DNA of 64,000 nucleotides from a virus, in IMG/VR virus record IMGVR_UViG_3300030106_005394, positions 1 through 64,000 of that record, one strand, 5' to 3'. The notes under the pieces are model-generated. The model did no database searches. It was given only the letters and a program-made list of their open reading frames with translations, and had not been told where the DNA came from. Shown here in pieces: positions 44,301-56,300 of the stretch; within the stretch, counting starts at the first letter, position 1; every line of letters begins with the position of its first letter. The position numbers were made by a program, and so were the translations under genes.

Positions 44301-47300
44301 AAGAATAACACACCCCTGCCTCCTGACTTTGAATACTCAAATGAAATAGTAGGTCGCATTGAGCGTGAGCATTTTTCGGGAGTGAGAGAAGGTCAGGAGG
44401 ATGCTTTGGCCATCATTGATTCAATAAGATCGTTTTTATATAATGATGGTCGCTTTAGTTTCAGTGAAGAGCAACCTGCTCTCACGGGAGACAAAATGAG
44501 ACTTTATCAGGCATTCGATGCCCACATAAGGAAAAATCGCGGAGTCTGGACTCCTCTCGTAGAGGGGCATTGGTACAAAGAGCCTCACTGGGAGAAGTTT
44601 ATAAATTACGCAAGGCAAGAGCCATCCATGAGGGTAAAGGGGCTAGTGTGGGAGGATGGAGATCAAGCATTTCCAAGAAAGCAGAATGCTTCATTAAGGG
44701 CTGAGATTAATCGATGGGGTAGTTTTTATGCATCTTGGGAAGGAACTTACAGGGATGCGGTAAGCACCGCCTTAGGGGAAACTCTTCCAAAGAAGTTAAA
44801 CGTAGAGCAAGCCTTGCTTCATATGGATGAGGATTTCAGTAATTATATTGGAGAAAATACAGACTCTGCTTTAATTCAAGATATCTTAACTGGTGGTGAG
44901 GTAGAGGGAGTATTTACAGGCTTATTCGATAAGCTCATATCTGTTTCATCTGACGCAAAAACGGATTGGGACACAATCGCTAATTTAAGCGGCGGACAGC
45001 AGTACCCAAAGCTTAGGTTTCTTAAAAGGCCAACGAAATACGGCAGCCATAAGGTTGCAAGCATTAACGAAGATGAATTTGCCGAATTGCTGGCCGCAAC
45101 CCAGTTCGATGGCGCAAACACCATGGTGAATGCTTGGGGTAACGCAATAGACATAACGGTAACAAAACAGTACAAGCAGAATACCTCCTTTAAGAATTAT
45201 GTAGTTACAGATAAGGCTTGGGGCAGTGAGGACAGATACTGGCTTGAGGTTCGCAGAGATGGGGGATACTATTATGTTCTTCTTGACTCTGGCAGTAATG
45301 ATCTGCGCAACTCTAAGCGAGGTATAGATTTTACTGAAGAGCAACATAGTACATCCGTACAGCCCGAGACAGATACCATCGAGGAGAGCTTCGATGAGTT
45401 TAAGAGTTACATAGGGACCCTAATAGAAAGTAGTATAGAAGGTCTGGATGATTATGATATCCTCAATCTTGCGGCAGAGGACATAATCAAAAATCACAAG
45501 GATAAGATTCCTAGTATATTAAAGAGAGCTAAGGCCCCTAAGGTATATGATGATTCTGACGGATATGAGGTACTTCCTTACTTTGTAAAACTCCTTGAGC
45601 AAGCCGAGCAGCAGGGCAATCTTCTGGAGTTAGCTAAGGAGCAGGCCAAGAATGTGACCGAGGAACAGCGACAGGACGCATTATTTAGCGAGTTCTATAA
45701 AGAAGCTGGGGATAGGATATCCGAACTAGAAGACGAGCAGGCTGGTGATATCCCGCCCGATATTGGGCTGGCTATTATGGGTGAGGAAAGGCGGGGCATA
45801 CGGGAGCTTTCTAAGGAGTGGGCTGAGTGGTTTGGGCGTTCTGCCTACAGGTATTTACAGATGTCCGTACTTCGGGCCGCTAGGTCAGGAATAAGCCTTA
45901 CTCGAGTATTTGAGGAGTGGTATACGTCCTTGATTAAGTACATATCGACCTTGACCAATACAAACGGGCCTGTGCCTACAGATACCAAGGCAAGGCTCAT
46001 GAAGGTCACAAACTCCGAGCTGTTCTCCGAACTACTAGATGAATTATCCAAGGATAAGGATTTCCTTAGTGAATTAACCCCGCAGCAGCAGCGCAACCTG
46101 AAGGACATAATAAAGTACGGAGATAGCTTTGGATACATGACCAAGGATTCTGTAGTCGATTACTTTGATGTCATAGAGGATCATATGCTTACTCGGATTA
46201 GGGTTGAAGCACTTATATCTGATGGCGATATTAATAATGATCTTATTTCTCAACTACAGGATCAGATTGGCCCCGTAAGTCTTGCTGAAAAAATCAGGCA
46301 ATTACAGGTGGCTGAGGGAACGGGCACAGAGGAGATAGCTTTGCATACAGCCCTAGTGGGAGCAGAGAATATTTACAGCAAGTACAATGAGGCAATAAGC
46401 AAATACGACTCAGTGGAAGATTGGACTGGTACGGAAGACTACAGGAAGCTAAGAGCCGAGCTTCAGGATTCCCTTTACGATAAATATAAGTCAGGTAAAG
46501 GTGTAAATCCTATTGCTGAGCTAAAGGACATTAAGATCCCATTTGGTCAGGCCGATATGTTTGGTGCAAATGAGTTTGATCCTATTAATGCATTCCAGTA
46601 TGAAGACATTGATTGGTTCAATCGACTAGACAATATGGATACCCCAGAGTTTGACTGGGCCTCAATCTTGGGTGCTACATCCTATAACAGGTATCGCATT
46701 GAGAGGGGAGACACGCTTAAGGGTATCGTTAATATGATAGCTGAACAGAGCGGGGGAGATAGGGATAAGATTCGTGATGCGATAATAGAGAGTACCAATG
46801 ATGACTTAAATTGGATACCAGACCCATTAAGGTCACTTAATGATGCAGAGCGAATGACCTATAATGCCCTCAAGGCGCATAGGACTTTTCTTGAGAGCAA
46901 AGTAAGAGATCTTGGCTCCAGTCTCGAACTAGATGAGGCACTAAAGAAGGTCAACAAGCAGATGGATGACCTGACCATAAATGCGGAGAAGCATAACCCC
47001 CAAACTAGGGTAGAGGATTTCGACGGAAAAGCTTGGCACGAGCAGGACATTATCGGCAGTGGTGATAATATAGGTAGATTTATAATAATTCCATCAAGAG
47101 GGGGTTTCGGACAGGCTCTTCTTGATGACATTAAGGCCGCTGAAGACGCAAGGCGTATCGCCATTGAATTTAGTGGCAACGAACAAAAGGCCTTTGAGGC
47201 TCTGATAGCGGAAGAAAAGGCCAAGGAAGCAAAGGCGAATCTTCCGTCCCCAGAGGTACAGAAGTCTGTGGCCATAACAGTAAGGTCTCTTTCTGACGAA

Positions 47301-50300
47301 AACGGACAGCTCAGTATTAGCGATGAGGATAAGTATGTAAACGCAGAGGCTACCGCTCAGAAGATTGACTCTGTGTATGCTCAGAGCCAAATGCAGGCTG
47401 CCATGCAGAAGTCAACTGGTGCGGGCAAGCGGGCCAAGGGTCCATATAAGAAGTTTTTTGGATTCTACTCAAAGAGTACAGCAAGTGGACTTGGTAGCTA
47501 CTTTATGGTTGGTACTTATCAAGGAAAAAACAAGAGAGTAAGTATTGGTTCAGATAATTTACCTATTGTAAAGAAGAGGCCTGATGGGGAGCCAGTTATT
47601 AACCTGACTGGAAAAACATTCAAGGAAGTTCGAATTCAGAATAAGTCTACGCAACAAAGGAGCGCAGGAACGTATGTGATCTATAGGGACAACAAGGGTA
47701 ACGCTCACTTTTATAATAGTAATCTTTTCGAGTCATATGCACCAATAATGATAAGGCCTGATGCCTTTGGACTTGATCGACGTGAGGGCATGACACTAGG
47801 CCAATTCCTTGTGGAGCATGGAGATAAGTTCAGCCTTGATGGTGAGACAATAACATTTAGGAATCCTCCGATGCTGGCCGATAATCAGCCTAGGGTATCT
47901 TTTAAGTTTTCCAGCTATGAAGACTTCTTAAACGCAAAGAATCTTGCGTATGGTAACGTAGCTAGCGTTGCAGCAAGCACTGGAGAGAAAACACTTACTG
48001 GCGACAGGAAGACAATAAAGGTACTTCGATCAGAGAGGAACAGGCTGGCGGAAAAGATAGAATCATTTGATGTAGGCGATCCTGATAAGCTAGTAAATCA
48101 ATATAAGTTTAGCCACAAGGCGAAGTCTGATGAGCTACATAAAATAGAGGCCAGAAGTAACCCATTGATGACAGGCCCAGAGCAAGACCTAGACAGCTTT
48201 AATGAAAACCAAAGGAAGAACTACACCGATGATACTGTGGCTACAGTGGGCCAGCATGCCAGTAAGATTATAAAGATAGGAGAAAGGTCTTTCCAAGTTA
48301 CCGATACTGGGGTAATTGATGCCACCACAGGACTCGGCGTTGATTCCAGCAAGAACTTCATCGTAGAGACCCTCAGGCCCTCAAGGGATATAATGATTGA
48401 GCTAGTGGAGCTATCTGCCGAACTGAGCTATGCGGGTGACCCAACTAATTTATACGAGCTTAAGCCTGACGAGATACAGAATAAGTTCGACAGGATTGTG
48501 GAGCTGGAACAGAAGTGGAAGGACCTGTACAGTAAGAACGAGAACCTTCGCTACATAATAGAGCAGATTGGTGTACCAAAGGACCTAGGCTACTCATTTG
48601 GCTCTAGGCTTTATTCGGTAAGCCAGAAGATGACTGGAGAATCTCAGATGGAGAACACTCGGGCGCTAGAGCCTGAGGTGGCAAGATACATAATTGAATC
48701 ACTATTCGGCAGGACTCGGCTTCTTGTTCCAAGTAAGTATGAGCTTTCCATTGAGATGACCAGAGATATCCACAAGAGGCTCATTAAGGATAATCCCCTG
48801 TTGAGCTTTCTAGATAGGTACATCGTTGACTTAAGCCTCAAGCAATCAATAAGAAATGTAAAGAGGGGCGATGGTAAGGCTGATGAATTTATAATGGACT
48901 CGGGCGTTACTCCCGTCGAGAACGCCATCATGAATGACCAGCGAGTTGTTGAGGTTCGGGAGGGCACTACACTTGCGGATATAGCAAAGGCCGAGGGCAT
49001 TGAGACTTGGGACCTAGTTAGACTCAATGGACTAATAGAGTCTGAGGCACTTACGCTAAGGGGTGAGTTCTCCCAACAGCAAAAGAAGATTGATGTTGAA
49101 AATGCTGAGGCTAAGTTTGCCGAGAAGCTCAGCAGGATAAAGGGAACATACCCAGATTATGAAGTTATAATCCTTCCAAATATAGAAGACTCTACTGTTG
49201 AGGTATCCAGAACTTCCGATCGGGAAGACACAGGATACTCTGACGAGGATGTGGATATTTCAGATCCCGATATATCTGGCGATAGGCTTGGCTATAGTAA
49301 TACCGAACGGATGCGAGAGTATCTTAAGGAAGAAGATACTGGTCGTGAGTCCGAGGTAATAGAGGTAGAGAGAAGGCAGATCAAGGATAGGAGTGTTGAG
49401 CTTAGCAGGTCTTTACAGGGGGAGTATATTGACCTTGGCGAGGAACTTAGTGAGCTGGAGAGGCAAGGATTTACTACAGGCTCAATAGCTGGGAAAAACC
49501 AAACACGCTCTAATAATATCAGAGCAAGGATGCGAGAAATCCTTGTCACAATCGACAGGGCTAGAAGAAAATCATACTGGTACACTATAAGGCAAAATAT
49601 ATACGGAAGTCGGATTGCAGGATCTAGTATAGAATTGGTAACTCCCGAGTCTCAAGCCCTGCAAGAAGCTAGGGCAGAGCAGGGTATCGTTCAGTCGCAA
49701 ATAAAGCTTGAGAGGATTGAGCAGGGAATATCTCAACAGAGTAGTGACCTTCAGGAATTGCGAGAAAATATAAAGAAGTTGGGTGAGGAGACTATAACTG
49801 TTAATACCGCTGACTTTGACAGATACGCCAATGAACCTGCGGACGCAACATTTGTAATCAAAAGGGATAAGCATGTAACATTTACCCTAGAGCAAGGAAA
49901 GGCTCTTTCAGAGTTAAAGGGGAAGTTATTTAACGACCTATCAAAGCTAGGCCATTACTATAAGCAGATTGAGATATTTGTTGAAGCCGAGATAGAGGCT
50001 AGCGGATTAAGTGCCGCAAGAGCCAAAAGAAGTGCCACCATAAGCAAGCTAAGGAATCTCATGGTCGAGAAAGAGGCGGCCATGATGGAGTCAAAGGCAT
50101 GGACGCAGGTAGTTAATATAACTAAGGACCCCGAGGACGCGGCCAATAGAGTATCTGATCTAGGCTCCACCAAGCAGGCTTTACTGGATTATGTAGATGA
50201 AGAGATAAGCACCATAGAGGAGCAGTACACAAGCCCAATAGACGGAACTTCAATAAAGGTGGATATGGGGTCCCTGTCTCCATCTGCGGCCAGCGAGATA

Positions 50301-53300
50301 ATAACTTCCTTAGGGAATGTAGTTTTGGCTGGCTCTAGTGAAGGGCAACTTTCCGAGATTAAGAACAATGCGGAGGTTATCGGGGAGGTTTCAATTAAGA
50401 TTGATGACATGCCAGAAAGCCTGCAGGTTGAGCTAAAGTCGGCACTTGAGGCATACGGAACAAATGATCCACGCATTGCTGAAAAGCTAATGTCAATATC
50501 GAAGAACCCTGTTGTTCTTGAGTATGCCTTGGGGCTATTTCGGGGAAACAGGTGGCAGCGCAGTGATGACTCCTCAACCTATTCTGTCAGCTCAAGAAAC
50601 CCTTGGACATCGGCAGCGGGCACAACTCAGGTTTTTGACTCCAGAAAGAATTTCAATACCCAGTCCCTTCGGAACTTTATACATAACGGAATGGGACCCA
50701 TGGGAGGCAGGAAGGGATACAGCCAGCAGTTTCTTCAATATGTATTCAGGCAGTTCTTTACTGACATCAACTACATCTCAAGCGAGGGGGACACAACTGT
50801 GTTCTCCCAAGCTACGGCGGATACTATAATAAAAGAAGCTCCACTTAGGGGGTCAACAAAAGAGCAGCTGCTTGAGATTAAGAGGCGCAACGAACAGCAG
50901 TGGGCGCAGGTCGTGGGAAGACTTATGGCTGGTGGCCTTGGGCCAACATACCTATGGGACCCATCGTCTATACCCTCCTATGTACCTGACAGGCCAAGCA
51001 TAAATAGAGAAGACATAGACAGGGGTGAATTTGGATTCCTTGGGCTTGATCCCAATAGGCTTAATGCGGCGATAAGTAATAATGAAGACATAAGCAAGCT
51101 AAAGCCAGATGCTGAACTTATATATGAGCAATACCAAAAGGCGTTAGAAAGCCGAAAGATAACCTACCGAGAAATTGACGAGGCAGACCTAGCTGGGCTA
51201 ACCCCAACCCAGAGGGAAGAGTTTATTAATGCCGAAAGGGTTAGTGCCATTGAGGCCATACTGGATATAGGCAAGAACGAGCCATCAAATAGAACCATAG
51301 GCAGCTTGGCTATGGTCTTGGATAATGCCGTACTTGCATCAAAGACTCCTGAGATGCTTGAGGCATACATACAGGACGTATTGGATAAGGGTGGAGATAT
51401 CCACCAGCATTGGTCTCGTTTGATACTTCAAGACCCAGACGGGGTTGTTAGCGATCAGGAGGGATATAGGGTTGGTGGCTCTCAGGGGACTAGGGAATAC
51501 TCAACACCAAGAGAGTTTGTTGATGCTCTATACCAGAAGGCTGCCGATATAGTTTCGGACATTACTGAAGCTGTTGGCGGTGTTGGCGTAAATAGAAATT
51601 TGGTAGCGGAAGCCCTGCGGGGACAAACCGACCACTCTCCCACCAATGAATACAAATCAGCAACAGAGCCAGACGAAAAGATAGACCCAGACGCTCACAT
51701 ATTCCATTCAGCGGAACCCCTAGAAGGCCAACTTGACTTTGACGGCCAACCAATGACAGGTCCTGTCCTTACTTCATCAGATAAGGCAGAGAGACATAAC
51801 GCATCAGTATACGCAAAGACTCCATCCAGAATACCAGTAGCTCCTCCAATACAGGAAACCATGGTAGAGGACAACAATAGGGCGGTAGACATCCTATTGG
51901 ATAACAACCTCAACTCCGAGTACGCGGGTAAGCTATTGCACAGAGTGGCCGCGAGGGGAAATGTGGACGAGTTCACAAAGGAGATAGCAGATAGGCTAAG
52001 GAATGCCCCTGCCTTACGTAGTCTACCTATCAACTTTGAACAGTGGGCCACCTTTAAGCATAAGGCGTACACGAAGTCGGGTGCCTTCGGGAAGGCATAC
52101 TACAACGCCACCACGAAGTCGGTACACATCTCAAAGGATGCCTTCCGAATCAGGGGCGCGGATGTAGATGCCCAGCTTGACTACATAATAGTTCACGAGA
52201 TATTCCACAATGTACTCCGAGATGCCCTAACGCAGAAGGCCCAGATAAGAATAAACGATATCACCGAGTACAGGGTTGCTTACCTAGAGGATGAGGCAAA
52301 TGAGCTTTTCAATGAGATAAAGAAGATAGATATACCAGCGGAGTTTGCGCATCAGGTATCCAGTATGGAGGAGTTCCTTAATGCGTCATGGAGCGACAAG
52401 AGGTTTTCCGAATGGCTTAGCAGCCAATCCCCAAAAAGCGCCAGCGGTAGCAAGTTCAAGAACTTCTTAGACTGGTTGCTTGACATATTCTCAAGGGTCA
52501 TAAGCAAAATAACCCAGCGGCAAGACAAGAGGGAGGACAGGAAGTCCCTGAGCAGAATCCACGAAAGGGTTAAGGCCTTGACCGAGGCCCTAGTGCCCTT
52601 CCAGCCCCCAGAAGGCCTTGCGGGCAAGGTGTTCCGTAGCAGGGGGAGGCATGACCAGATAGCAAGATCCATTTCTTTTTCTGGGTATGAATTAGATGGC
52701 AATAATATCCGCGCGCTTCGGAGCAGCCTAATCTCTGATTACGTAAGCGATTTCAAGGCCGCCGAGGTCGAGAACCCATTTGAGGACTATGAAAAAGAAC
52801 TCGATAGATTAAAAAAAGAAGTCATCGAGGAGGAGGGGGGCTTGAACGATGATTACCTGTTGACCCTAAAAGAAAGAGCTGCCAAGGCGGTCGGGCAGTC
52901 CCTCCGGAGGGGACAACCTGTGCGGCACTTATACGAAACCCACTCTTTTGGGAGATACAAAACAGTTGGGGTGCTGTTTGACGAGATATATAAGTCCGCT
53001 AAATCTAGACTGCCTGCCGACTCTGCAAATATCAAGCTACTGAAGGCGCTAGACAAGGCCCTTAATTGGGACGTGTCAAATGCCCAGCCGATAAGGGAGG
53101 CCAAGCTTGTCCCCATTGAAGATCGCATGGGCTCCTCCAGAAGAGGGCGGGTTGGTCTAAAAAGTGACGCTAGCGTTGGCACCTTTATTCATGAGTTAAT
53201 TCATCAATTTACTCAGCCAGAAATCAGAGCCCTTGAGCGGGCGCATCTCAATGAGCACGCCAACTACATTGAGTTCGCAAGGGCTATAGCAGAATCCGAT

Positions 53301-56300
53301 AGTGGAAGCTCCGCATCAAAGGTGGCCCAGATGTACATTAAAGTGATAGATTCTCTTCCTAGAGATATGCGTCATACGCTCGTTGCTGGCGAAACGTACA
53401 ACCTTGGGAAACCTATGAGGAGATTGAACTGGAGGGGGCTGATTGGAAAAGATGTGTCTTCGGGTATTGCATATGGGTTAAGTAGCCTGCATGAGTTTTA
53501 CACCCAAAGCCTAACTGACAGTGATTTCCAGAGTCTTTTAGCTGATATTTTTGTAGACAGAAGCTCCACTGTCCTGACCGAGCTTCAGGATGCATTCGCC
53601 AATCGGTTTAATACTATTGCCGATACAATGCTGGATCTCGTACTCGCCTCCGAGGCTTACGCTCCGTCATACGCGCTACCAGAGGAAGGAAAAGCAATGG
53701 ACCTCAGCGATCGGCGAGACATCACCGAGCAATATCTAGACTCTCTGCCTGTTGAAAGAGACTCGGACGATGATGTTTTACTATTTAGCTCAGAACCCAA
53801 CCCAGATGTAACAATCACCCCAGATGAAAATGTTGCCCACCAGATGCTGCAAGAGCTTGGTGGAGCAAATACTGTACTCAAGGAGATGGAGGTTGTTCTG
53901 TCCGAGCTTGCTGAAGAAGGTTATGTACCAAGCACGAAGGAGGGAGAGGAGCCGCTTGCTGCATTCGTAAGGGAGTACGGCATAGTTGAGGGCAAGCCAA
54001 TAACCTACCACATTAATAAGCTATCAAAGTACGCCGAGGCTATAGGTGAAGACCCGAAAAATGTTGGTCTAGGCTGGGGAGGCAACGATGTAAACTTTAA
54101 GATGCAGTCAGCCCAGCTGGCAATTAAGTACCTTGAGATAATAAGAAAGAAAGCAAGAGATCAGGCAGAGTCTTCAGCTACATCCATAGATAACCTAGAG
54201 ACCGAGATCGAGGAGCTAAAGAAGCTACTTGACCCCAAGCAAGCATTTGAAACCTCAAGGAATGGACGCACACTAAAAGGCAAGTTTACCACCACAATCA
54301 ATGGTAAAATCAAGAAACTCAAGGCAACAAATACAGACCAATCCCTTGCCTTGGCAGAAGAGCTAGAGTCTATAAAGGGCGCAACAAGCACCCAAAGGGT
54401 TGTGGACACGTTGATACATGTAGTAGACAGGGATGTAGACATAAAAGGACCTGTCGAAGATATATCCAGCGCAATATACGACCTAACTAATGATCGTAAT
54501 TACTCAGATGTAATGGCTGAAGTAATACAATCCTCTCCAACCTCATTTGCATTCATGCAGATATCAAGAGGAACGCTACCTAATCAGCAGGAGCTAGTGG
54601 ATGAAATATCAAATTACGCCAACTACTCAAGGATCAAGCTTGAGATGGAGGTACCCAAGCTAACAGGCGATGACTTCGAAACTAAGATCAAGCGACAATT
54701 CGCTGAAAGGTGGAGAGACCTTAGGCTCAAGGAGGCGGATATTGAGTACGAGCGTTCAGTTAATTCAGTTGGTAGGGAGATTAACAACAGACTATTTCCA
54801 TTAAGACAAAAGCTCGGAGTTATACTTGGAGACATGGAGCCATTCTCGTTAAGCGATGGCGTGACCATGATCCACATGAAGCAGACTGGCGAAGGCAATT
54901 GGACGTCTGGTACTTATGTAATCAGACTAGGCAATGACATGTCCCCTGCTGACTTGGATGAATATAATCAAGTAGTAGGAGATAACCTTAAGTTCCTCAG
55001 AGACAAGAGTAACGACAGGTACAAGGATGAGCCATTCTATGATATAGTAAAGACCCAGACCAATGAAGCCGCCAAGGCTCCAACTATGAAGGAGTGGCAT
55101 GAATCAAGGCGTGCATCATACTTCTCGGTAGTACAGAGCCTTAGTCAGCAGTTTGCAAACATGGGACTGCTAGGCAAGACCATGAGCCAAATGCTCAATC
55201 AAGTGGTTACGCTACATAAGGCTCACGACTCTTATTTTAAAAATCAATCCTTCAAATGGAACCGCAAGCTTAAAGACGCTGCCAAAGCACTAGGATACAA
55301 TGACTGGCAAAAGCTTATTGAGGGGCCATACACAGACGCCCTCAACTGGCTGGACAACCACCCAGAGCTTATAGGCAAGGGTGATGTTGCGTATGAGCGC
55401 ATGTGGGAATACCTAAAAACATCTGGTACTTTTGCAAACCCAGAGAAGGCTACCCTGCTGGGCAAGAAAGCATTCATAGCCTTCATGAAGGAAACGAACA
55501 CATCCAGAGAGATGCTTCGTGACTTATCCCTATCCATAGGTAATAAGGTTAAGGCTGTACATAAGGGAGATAACATTATGGTTCAGTCTCCAGTTACAGG
55601 AGAAATGGTTCCATTGTACAGAGACCCAATTGACGTAGGTCCAGTTACTGTAGCTAGGAGGATAAACAAATCTCTTATTGCCACAGTAGAGGTTCTAAGT
55701 AGAGCAGGGTGGGGCGATATTAAGCCACCAGAAGAAGGCGAGGATATCGGATTGTACCTATCTAGGTACTTCACCCCTCAGGTTGTTGAGCGATTTGTTG
55801 CTCCCTATGCAACAATGAACACAATGACTGAGGCATTCAAGCTCAAGGGTCAGATGATTCCTCAGTCTGTAATCAGATCAGCTTGGATGAAGACAAGCGG
55901 AGAGGGTACGGATAGATTCATAGAGTGGGCTCAAAACTTATCTACCACACTTGGTATGGAGCTTGAGGATACAACCAAGCAGTTGTTTAGCCAACTCCAA
56001 GGATTCCATAGCGAGATGGTTAGGGTGAAGGATTCTGCCGACAATAAGGAGACCTTCCGAATAACAGACTCAGTAGCTCACAAGATCATGGATGGCCGAG
56101 ACATCAGGACTGTCATGCCCAAGGAGTTCTGGCAGTACGACACATTTGATGAGATGGGCTTCAATATTCAGCTTGCCAATGTTATAACCAATGCGGTTAT
56201 GGGCCGAGGTGGAGAGCGCAGGCGAGGAGTACATAACGGGCTGATGGATCAGCTTAGGATTAAAAAGAAAGCTTTTGCTGAGCTTATAAGTCAGGCTGGA

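Noticed and set aside
47010-51750. DFDG strings in the giant protein as a two-barrel RNA polymerase active site
   Set aside because: They read DFDGK and DFDGQ and lack the third Asp of DxDGD.
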